From: Eledone cirrhosa
Taxonomy: Eukaryota
Direction: 5' to 3'
NCBI GenBank assembly: GCA_964016885.1
Contig: OZ024742.1
Coordinates: forward strand, 60,822,001 to 60,886,000
Length of the DNA: 64,000 bases
Shown here: piece after piece, positions 39,220-49,118 of the stretch
How positions within the stretch are numbered: the stretch's first letter is position 1
How the letters are laid out: each line of letters starts with the position of its first letter
Translations under genes and position numbers: made by a program
Notes under the pieces: model-generated
What the model saw: the letters and a program-made list of their open reading frames with translations, nothing else
Told to the model about the DNA's origin: nothing
Databases searched by the model: none

Positions 39220-42200
39220 ATTACCTCACTCAGAATAGGCAGCATAAATGCGCGTGGCTTGGGGTCGTCATGGAAGCAGGGTCACCTGCTCAACGACCTC
39301 AGGTCACTAAACATAGATGTAGTGGCCATCAGCGAGACCAGAATCTCCGAAGCACGGGCCTTCGCACCGATCTTCGGCGGCTACGATGTGTACGCATCTC
39401 CCAGCCGTCCTGGATCGGGTGGAGGTGTTGCTGTGCTTTTTCGGAGAGGTTTGGATCTCGCCATACGGGCCATCTTCCTGGACCCAGAGGGTAAGCTGGT
39501 GGTGTGTGGACGTGACCAGCGGAGACGGGCAAGCTTTCAGGCTAGTGGCCGTCTATGCCCCGACAGGAGCAGGGCGGCCTGATTTCTTCCGGCGTCTGGA
39601 GACCTTTCATGGAACGTCCCGCTCTTTAGTGTTAGTGGGCGACTGGAACGGGATCTTAGATGCACACTGGGACTGTGTGGGATTAGCAGATAGGGGTGGA
39701 GGGTGCAAGAGCCTCACCAACCTACTCAGGCGTTTTGAACTGTCTGACAGGTACCGATTGGATTTCCCAAATGCGCCAATGTGGACTTGGACAAATCGCA
39801 TAGTGTCATCCAGATCATATCTAGATAGAGTATTTTGTAGGGAAATAGATAGGTCTAGCATAGGCTGTCCACAATTCAAGATAGTCAGCTACACGGACCA
39901 CAAATTCGTGATCTGTGTGCTTGACTTAGATATGCTTCATAGACGAGGACCCGGCTACTGGAAGCTAAACGCGTCCTTACCAGCGCGCAAGGCCTACAGA
40001 GACCGGATTAGCGAACTAGTTAAGCGGGCGTTGACGGGGGCCATCGTCAATAACAAGTGGTGGTTTGCTCTGAAAAGAGCGATTAGAATAGAATACATTA
40101 GGTTTAGTAAGGCTTTAGCAATAGAGAAAAATAGAGCAGAGGGAGAACTATTTAGAAAATTAGACGAGGCGCTTAGCAAAGGCATTGCGACCGACGTGCT
40201 TGCGGCGAAATTGGCCCTTGACCAATTCTTCAATGCAAAGCACGAAGGCTGCGTTGTCAGAGCAAGGGTGCGTGCTCTCAGACACGAGGGGACGAAAGCC
40301 GTTCAATGGGCCCGAGTGGCGGAGGCGCATCGTGGCAACAAAGCCACGATCCGGTCTTTGGTGGACCACGACGGGCGCATGCTACTCGATCCCGGGAAAA
40401 TGTGTGAAGCTTTTCAGCGACACTTCGCTCAGCTGTTCGGGGGCAGCGGTGGGCCGGGTCGAGGGATGGACTTTAGTGTCTAGCTCGACGGACTACTGCC
40501 GCGGCTCTCGGCCACTGAGACGAAGTGTTGCGAAAAGCCGATAACAGCCGCTGAAGTAATGGAGGCAATGACTGGCTGCACAAGGGGTAAATCGCCTGGT
40601 TTGGATGGTCTGCCCTATGAACTTTACGTACAGATGCCAGACTTGTTCGGAGGCCTCTTGGCGGACGTCTACTGCAACTGGCAACAGAACGGGAGAATTC
40701 CCAGTTCTGTGAGCCGAGGAGCGGTGGCACTGCTGAGAAAGGATCCGAACAAGGGGGATAACATAGAAAATTTCCGGCCCATAACTCTGATAAACACAGA
40801 GTTTAAGATTTTGGCCAATATGCTAGCAAAGAGGTGGGCGCTTGTCGTTGGAGGTCTGGTGGGAGAGGCGCAGACATGCGCCATTCCCGACAGATCCATC
40901 CACGACAACCTCCACCTCATGCGATACATCGTAGAGAGGGTAGCTAGGGAACCTGGCACGGGTGGGTCCTTGATCAATTTAGATAAGTCGAAAGCTTTCG
41001 ATAGGGTCGACCATCGTTACCTAGCGGCAGTCCTGAGGGCGGCTGGCTTTGGGCCCGTCTTCAGAGGCTGGATCGCTGCCATGCACAGCGACATCTGCTC
41101 TGTGGTGAGAGTGAACGGTCACCTGTCGGAACCGTTCAACATCATGCGCTCGGTCCCGCCAAGGATGTCCCCTCTCGTCCCTCTTGTACGTATTGACTCT
41201 CGAGCCATTACTGCACAAACTGGAGACGTTGAGGAGCGTCCCGCGCGAACTAGGATGCGGAAGATCCGTGTCAGCATATGCGGACGATGTCACCGTAGTG
41301 GTGTCGAACGCCAAACACATCGAGGCGATCGGCACTACACTAAGAGAATACGAAGCGGTGACAGGAGCAATGATCAACCAGGAAAAGTCGGTGGGCCTGC
41401 AGCTCGGCCCCTGGAGAGGCAGGTCCATGCCGTCCAACAGCGTCGTCCGACGCTGGACGGACGGACCGGTTAAATTGCTAGGGGTCTGGTTCGGTCCGGA
41501 CCTCCAGACGGACAAAAACTGGGACGAGGTGACGAGCAGGGTGGCTTCTCTCACCCAGAAATGGGCGGAGAGGAAGCTATCCCTGAAAGGTCGAGCGGAG
41601 GTGGCTAACGCGTACATCGCGTCTGACATCTGCTACCGCCTAACCGTCGTACCTTGTCCTAAGCCTCGCCTTACTGCGCTGGAGCGTTTGCTCTTTCGCT
41701 TTTTGTGGAAGGGACGTGCTCCGATGGTCAGGCGGTCCATCTGTTGTCAACACACGCTGCGTGGAGGGCTGGGCATGCCGTGGCTGATGATGCGCAGGCA
41801 CGCGCTCAGGCTACGACATCTCCACCTCTTCCTCGACGGTGATCAGGTGTGGTCGCCGTTTGCTAGACGCGTTTTTCCCCAGCTCGTTTCCTTGACGGAG
41901 CTGCAGTCCTGGGTCAAGCGAAGACCGAGAGGGAGCGCCTGGAGACTGGAATGTCTTCAGGCACTCACAGCCCTCGACCAATCGGGCAATGTGATCGGTG
42001 GAAACTCCACCTCGGCGTTCTATAGAGGATTAGTGGAGGGGAAGAGCGACGACGTACTTGGGGAAACTCTAGGCGTCGACGAAAATCAACTAGCCAATCT
42101 CTTCGGAAGAACTTTCGGGCCAGGGCCTATGGACAACTTCCAGAAATCTCTGGCCTGGCAGTGCTACCGAGGAGCCTTGCCAGTTCGGGATAAACTCTAC

Positions 42201-42644
42201 AGGCATGGAGGTGCCGTCAGCCGGGCATGTCCGAGATGCGCGCAGGGCGACGAAACCGTCCTGCACGCACTCGTCCAGTGTCCGAAAATTGCTGACTTGT
42301 GGGTTTATGTCGAACACCTGCTGTCGCGTTTAGGACGGATCCGGCTATCATCTGAGTCCATCGTGAGCATTGCCCCGCCCTCCTCCTTTAGCCGGGAAGG
42401 GCAGGCAGTTTTTATCTGCCTGGTGGCCATGGTGAAAGAGATAGTATGGTGGACACGTTTGAAAGGGCTGAAGACGAGCACTTACCTCTTCGGTGATGCT
42501 CTGATTGACTTTTTCAAATTTCATTTGAAAAGGAAAATCAGAGGAGAGAGGGAAGTGCTCTCTTCCCAGCATTTTGTTGAAAGATGGGTGAGAGAAGCAA
42601 GAATGGCCCGAGTGAATGGGCCTACCCTGAGTATATATCTGTAA
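39220..42644 (+). pseudogene. Tx1 ORF2, disrupted; ATT at the start-codon position
   Basis: Same motifs as copy 1, including CPRC..ETVLHALVQC; frameshifts ~39505 and ~41158, stop at 40481. Confidence 0.92.
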
Positions 42645-42892
42645 ATTAAAGGTGGAAAACTGGGAGAGGGCACTTGCCTTGGTGGTCAGGGTCATTGTGG
42701 CTTTTTACTGGGCTTTCTCCACAAATGTCCCTCCGAAGTCTGCCCCCATTGGGGAATTTTTCATTGTTATTTTTTGTTACATCCTCTGTTTTTGTTTTTT
42801 TACACGCAGAAATGCCCATTTGTACCGTCCTGCATTGTCCTGCACTGTCCTTAATGTCTACTTTATGTAAACCCTTGTGGTTAATAAAGAAA

Positions 42893-42940
<48 letters not shown>

Positions 42941-42941
<1 letters not shown>

Positions 42942-43160
42942 AGGGTGGTGGATTGGCAGTATCGGTAGAGGGTCTGACGCCATTCTTTGCAGCAATGAAT
43001 TACAACCCTTTATGATCTGAGTTCAAATCCCGCCGAAGTTAACTTTTCCTTTCATCCTTACGGGGTCGATAAAATAAAGTATCAGTAATACACTTGGGTC
43101 GATTTAATCGACTTTCCCCTCCCCCAAAATTGCTGGCCTTGTGCCTATATAAGAAACCAT
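42941..43160 (+). mobile_element. tRNA-derived SINE (best-preserved copy)
   Basis: A box tggcagtatcgg, B box gagttcaaatcc, body cctttcatccttacggggtcgataaaataaagta, (att)n tail. Confidence 0.9.
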
Positions 43161-43209
43161 TATTATTATTATTATTTTATTATATATATATATATATGTA
43201 TATATATAT

Positions 43210-43398
43210 AACGAAGGAATTGTTGTAAGGAACCAGATGGACCATAACGCACCAGAGTACTCAATACTTAGGTTAGTGGAGTGGGTAATATGAAAAAGTA
43301 TGACCCCGACGGCAGAGATCAAGCCGTTTCGACGGCTATTTCTGGACTGAAATAGCCGTCGAAACGGCTTGAGCTCTGCCGTCGGGGTCATACTTTTT

Positions 43399-43400
<2 letters not shown>
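43210..43400. mobile_element. Fold-back insert family D, copy 2
   Basis: Right arm gaaatagccgtcgaaacggcttgagctc..ccgtcggggtcatactttttcc nearly identical to Naiad end 46553-46604. Confidence 0.85.
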
Positions 43401-43468
<68 letters not shown>

Positions 43469-44116
43469 TTGTCTGCAGGCACTCATTAGCATACCTTAGT
43501 ATATTTCATTGATTTTTTTACGCAAAGATCCGTAGAAGCCGCTTGATAATAGATAGCATAATAAAAACGAAATACTAACGAATATATGTTTCGAGTTTAC
43601 AAATGTATTCCGGAGTTACAACTAGAGAAATGTAATTATTTCTGTTTTTCCTACTTCATTGAATCTCTATTGTGTATCCTTGTTTAACTGAAATAAAATC
43701 TAACAAATTGTTTAGGACACAAATTCAAACATCTATATACGCTTTGAAAATGTTTCTATCGGATATACCCAATCTACCGGTGACATCATGTACCCCGATT
43801 TAGTAGTTCATTACAGTAATTCAGTTAACATTGTGTAGAGATTCAGAATTCCGGTGCAGGTATATGACCTTTGATTATAGTATACTAGAATTAAATTTCT
43901 TAATGACTCATTCTTAATATAAAATCTTGCAGCGAATTCTGATGTTACGTGAAACACATAATATGAAGTCCTGGATTAGGTCTCTAATTTCCAGCTTCTC
44001 TACAATATTTAACTTAATTGAAATAAATAACTTCCTATAAGAACTAAAACACAATGTATTTAGGTAAATGTAAAGTCATATAACATTTATAGATACATAT
44101 ATGTATATATATATCA

Positions 44117-44324
44117 GATAGGGTGTGGTAAATAAACAGGGGACCATAATCCACCAGAGTACTCGATACTTGGTCTAGTAGTGTGGGTCATATAAAAAGA
44201 TTCAGAAACCCGGCGGCTGAGCTCTGGGTGTTTCGACAGCTATATCCGAACTGGCGCTTTAATTCGGTTCTAGCTGCCGAAACAACCGGAGGTCAGCCGC
44301 CGGGGTCCTGATAATTTTCATATG
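44117..44324. mobile_element. Fold-back insert family D, copy 3 (diverged)
   Basis: Same tail (ccagagtactc.atactt) and arms cccggcggctga...tcagccgccggg. Confidence 0.75.
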
Positions 44325-44350
44325 TATTATACACACACACACACACTCAT

Positions 44351-44382
<32 letters not shown>

Positions 44383-44387
44383 ATATA

Positions 44388-44569
44388 ATTGTTTCTACTT
44401 TTGGCACAAGGGAAGCAATTACCCAATGCATTACTGGTACTTTATTCTAACGACCCCGGAAGGATGAAAGTTAACCTCGGCGGGATTTGAACTCAGATCA
44501 TACAGGGAGGTAACTCTATGCTTCGAAGCATTGTATCCGACCCTCTACCGATACTGCCAATCCACCGCC
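44388..44569 (-). mobile_element. tRNA-derived SINE
   Basis: rc of the 42941 SINE; acacacacactcattatata duplicated on both sides. Confidence 0.85.
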
Positions 44570-44600
44570 TATATATATATATATATATACACACACACTC

Positions 44601-44661
<61 letters not shown>

Positions 44662-46602
44662 ATACTATTTAAACTCACCTAAATGTTTCCTGCATTCGGC
44701 GGTGGATTTGTACCGGGAAGATGGGCTCCTCACCTTCAAAGGGTACAACCCCAATAGTACAGACCGGGTCCGTAAACAACTTATCAACTTCTTCCGGGAT
44801 TGGGGATTTAAAATCACCCTACAAATGTCCCTAACCCGAGTCAATTTCCTGGACGTTACCCTAAACCTCAAAAACGATCTGTACTACCCATACAGGAAGA
44901 CAAACGACAATCTGCACTACGTCCACCGCTGCTCTAACCATCCTAGAAACATCACCAATAACCTGGTTAAAAACATCTCCCTCCGCATATCTCGTTTGTC
45001 CGCTAATAAGCAGATATTCGACGAACACGCGCCTCAAAACAACCATGCCCTCAAGCGGAGTGGCTTCCGGGTGGAAATATCCTTTTATCCAGCTTCCCAT
45101 GGCGGAACCAGCAGGCCACACCCCCGATCACGTAACGTAACATGGTTCAATCCTCCCCATAATGCTGAGGTGGCAACACTTATCGGGAAAATCTTATTTA
45201 GACTCGTCGAAAAAAACTTCCCACTACAACACCGCTACCACAACATAATCAACAAAAACACCATCAAACTCTCCTACAGCACCACACATAACAGTCTCCT
45301 CAAACAACAAAAAACTCCACCTCTATGGAATAAATAACCTAGACATTAGTGGAGAGCCGACCAAGAGGTTTAACTGCCCTGATAGATCTACGTGACCCCT
45401 CAACAACAAATGCCGAGAACGTAACGTGATCTACCAGTGCAACGTGAGGACGGGCACCTCCAACAAAGCTTATATAGGATTAACAGCGTGTCTTCAAAAC
45501 CCGGCTCTACTAACACCTACATACTTTCCGAAACCCGGTCCGGCAACATGCCACTACAGTTTCGGGCCACATCTGGGACCTCCAAGATAATAATATAACC
45601 TACAATCTCACTTGGAGCTTACTGTCCAGAGCTAACTTTTACACGGAAGGATCCGTCCGTCTAACTTATGCGCAGAGGAAACATTACAAATGCTGTTTTC
45701 GAAGGACCAACTCCTAAACAAGAAAGACGAACTGGTAACCGCATGCAAACACAGATTGCGTAGGACTTACCTCGCCCTCAAACGCCATAACGACCAGGGT
45801 GGGTAGACAAGGGCTGATACCCCATCCCCCCCCCCACACACACACACTTGCCGAATAAGTTAGGGGAAACCCCAGCTTACATAGGTAATGTATCTCTTTA
45901 CTTTTCCTCTTTGTCTTCTTCTTCCCCTGTCTCATCCTATCACTTCCTTCCACCCCCTATTTTCTTCCTCGTCTGCTTTCCCCTTTCGCCTACCCCGATG
46001 CAGCCCATCGGGCCTCTGTAGCATTAGTTCCCCCATCCCTGTAATTTTAAGATAGAATTGGCCGAATACGTTTTACTAACTACTTGTAGCATATGTGTTA
46101 AACCCCTTTAATTTTGTATCAGTTTTGTTACTACTCAATTTCTATTCTTAACTTATTAACCTGTAATTGTAAGATAGCATTGTGATTTTTTTTATTCATT
46201 TCTCACTATCTAATTTTATATATTTTTTTATTTCTTTCTATTATCTTTTATTGTCTCCTACTCTCATTCGATTTACCTATTCTATAACCTCCCTCCTCCA
46301 CTTCATACACTATCCTTAGAATCTGCTGTATACATATCACTTTCAACGCTTGACTGCTCCACTCACTCCCCTATTCTTCTACAGGCAAGTTCAGCCACCT
46401 CTACCTCCCACCAAATGCCATGATAGACTTATTTGTGTCTACAACAAATTTTAACCAATGCTCTTGGCAACTACAATCTTCCCATATAAGGAAGTACTCC
46501 CTTGACAAGTTCGGCTATTTATTCACCAGGCTAAAAATTCTAATTTAGTCCAGAAATAGCCGTCGAAACGGCTTGAGCTCTTCCGTCGGGGTCATACTTT
46601 TT

Positions 46603-46604
<2 letters not shown>
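44662..46604 (+). mobile_element. 5'-truncated Naiad-type PLE
   Basis: LYREDGL, VNFLDVTLNL, SNHP, TWFNPP, NKNTIKLSYS, NC...*PL..KC..NVIY, YIG, CKHR; pLTR with decayed hammerhead ~46497-46578. Confidence 0.88.
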
Positions 46605-46640
<36 letters not shown>

Positions 46641-46651
46641 TTTATTTTTAT

Positions 46652-47082
46652 TTAGTATGTGTTGGTTGTTTACCGACGCCTAAGTATGCAGGTTGGAGCA
46701 CTCGACGAAGTACGCAGGTTGGTTTGTTTAATCCGGAGTAATTTAAAATAAGTAAGTCAAGCATGTTAAATTTGGCTTCGTTTATTATAAATTCTCTGCT
46801 ATATATATTTCAGTGGCAGCTATTATTGGCTGCGACCTCTTGTTAGTCCTACGAGGAACTGGAATCATGATTCCAGTTCCTCGTAGGACAAACAACAGAC
46901 CCAGGAGCTGGACATATCAATAAATTGACAAAGTGGAACATATTTCAACACCATGTTTAGCAGTTCTTTCTACATTAATTCGTACTGCCCGAAGAGGTCA
47001 CAGCCAATAATGGCTGTCGCTGAAATATATATAGCAGAGAATTTATAATAAACGAAGCCAAATTTAACATGATTGACTTACT

Positions 47083-47085
<3 letters not shown>
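46652..47085. mobile_element. Fold-back insert family H
   Basis: Arms ~46750-46841 / 46992-47083, left tail, nested 44-bp palindrome, (TA)n flanks. Confidence 0.8.
46985..47037 (+). ncRNA. Type I hammerhead, CCGAAGA core
   Basis: ctgc CCGAAGA ggtc-acagcca-ataa-tggctgt-cgct GAAA tatata TA gcag. Confidence 0.65.
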
Positions 47086-47126
<41 letters not shown>

Positions 47127-47131
<5 letters not shown>

Positions 47132-47959
47132 AGGCTCTATTGATTTTTCCCTGGATTTCACTAAATTCTGTGGATGAATCTATATCCTGATTCTCTTTGA
47201 GATGAGTTTGAATTATTTTTCACACATCTTACGTTAACCATTTTTCCCATTTTGACGCTATAGTCACTTATATATTATGGAATACTGTTGGCTTTTTGCT
47301 ACAATGTTTTCTATACCTTTCATTTATATATTCATACTCGGATTTCTTTCCTAGAGTGCTTAAATTATTTGTGACTAATCCCGGTATTTTTTTATAAAAA
47401 ACCGCGATAATATTGCTTTTTGCTGAACTCCTTATTGTAGAGTTTTTATTTGGAATGTGTTTTGACTGTTGTTTCTTGTAAACAAACATTCGTCTCATTC
47501 TGACGTCACCAGCCCTGTCTTTCCACATGTGCGTTTTATGTTTCATAATCACGCATGATGGTGAACTAGCCTGTTTTAAATTCCTTTTTTGGCATATTAA
47601 TCTGTGAGAATTTTGGTTATCGAGTTGGGCTCTTGCTGAGGATCGAATTCCAACCGTGACCATCTCCACTGAAAGTTTTCGTGAAATAGTCTTTAAGGCT
47701 AAACAGAGCATTTGAAGTTTTTTCCAAATTGAAAGATGAGTATTTTAAACTTTATTTTATCATGAGTTAAGGCTCTATTGATTTTTCCCTGGATTTCACT
47801 AAATTCTGTGGATGAATCTATATCCTGATTCTCTTTGAGATGAGTTTGAATTATTTTTCCCACATCTTACGTTAACTATTTTTCCCATTTTGACGCTATA
47901 GCCACTTACATATTATGGAATACTGTTGGCTTTTTGCTACAATGTTTTCTATACCTTTC

Positions 47960-47968
<9 letters not shown>
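47127..47968. repeat. (TA)n-bounded unit with ~204-bp terminal direct repeats
   Basis: 47127-47330 and 47765-47968 differ at only a few bases. Confidence 0.85.
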
Positions 47969-47996
<28 letters not shown>

Positions 47997-48082
47997 GAGA
48001 TAGATAGAGAGAGAGAGAGAGTAGAGAGAGAGAGAGATATTGAGAAAGAGAGAGAGAGAGAGAAATTCGATTACTGGTAAAG

Positions 48083-49102
48083 ATTGGAGGTACCCATTTA
48101 CGTGTGTTGAATTGAAACGAATACTTATGTGTCTACTCTGGAATTTTACATAACATTACCTATTGAGTACGCTGAGATGCAACCGGTATTAGCAGGAACA
48201 CCCATGCTAGTCCCGTTAACGTATTATTATTTTCTCCCAACTAACAGATTAACAATGAGAGTAAATTGAACAAAACTCCGCATATTTTGTGTTTTGTTTA
48301 ATAAGCACTCTAATACATGTTCTATCTTCCCTTCTCACTCACCTATTGAATCGTTCAAGTTGTGAAATTGACCGGTTTACGCACGTGGTTGATGGAAATA
48401 TCTAGAATTCGAATACTAACCAGCACACTAACTCTATATCGCTGTCTAATCGCCTGTTGGCATTTCATGTCCGGAAAGGTTTGAGGCACTACCATTGTTA
48501 CTGTCGCACTAATTTTCCCCAAAGTACTTGGAGACTGGAGCCGAATGCTACCATTCTATTGTACAGCGATTGGAGACTGATTTTATCTAATAAACGAATT
48601 TTCACTCACTTGTTAATTTGTTTTTGAGACACGTTGGCTGAGTGCTTATAGTGGGAGCGGACTATTTGAATTTCGACTCCTACCGTCACGTAAGTTTCTG
48701 AACCAATAGCCAATCGGTTGACAGTATTGTGATGACGCCTAGAGTTACAGTTGCTGACGTTTTACTGTCTTGGCCGTCGCATTCACTGTCATAGCCGACA
48801 GGGACTGGAATTGAATTCTGAGCATCGATTGGTTATTGATTAGGCAAAATCCGCTGATAAAGCCACATGCGCCAATTGTCCATTGTTGCATAATAAATGC
48901 AGGCAGTGGAGGCTGTGCACGCTATTGCTTCATTAAGTGTGGCTGAATCTCGAGTACGAGTATATATTGAAGGTACAATTTACGCTTGTAGTATTGAAGC
49001 GAATAACTATGTGACTACTCTGAAATTTTACATAACATTACCTATTGAGTACGCTGAGATGCAACCGGTACTAGAAGTGAAACCCATGCTAGTCCCGTAA
49101 AC
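48083..49102. repeat. Unit with ~137-bp diverged terminal direct repeats
   Basis: 48083-48220 vs 48966-49102 share ttttacataacattacctattgagtacgctgagatgcaaccggta...cccatgctagtcccgt. Confidence 0.8.
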
Positions 49103-49118
49103 TTATATGTATATATAT

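Larger units (their letters stand above)
36871..42894 (+). mobile_element. Full-length Tx1/L1-clade LINE, copy 2
   Basis: Different 5'UTR/ORF1, near-identical ORF2 and 3'UTR; aataaa at 42883, then (ATT)15. Confidence 0.92.

Noticed and set aside
33479-42695. Antisense and alternate-frame ORFs within the Tx1 copies
   Set aside because: Expected shadows of GC-rich coding sequence; shared only because the copies are near-identical.
42941-43035. tRNA gene
   Set aside because: A/B boxes belong to a multi-copy SINE; no cloverleaf.
47460-47515. Minus-strand CTGGTGA...GAA hammerhead-like motif
   Set aside because: Core mismatch and no stem I/III.
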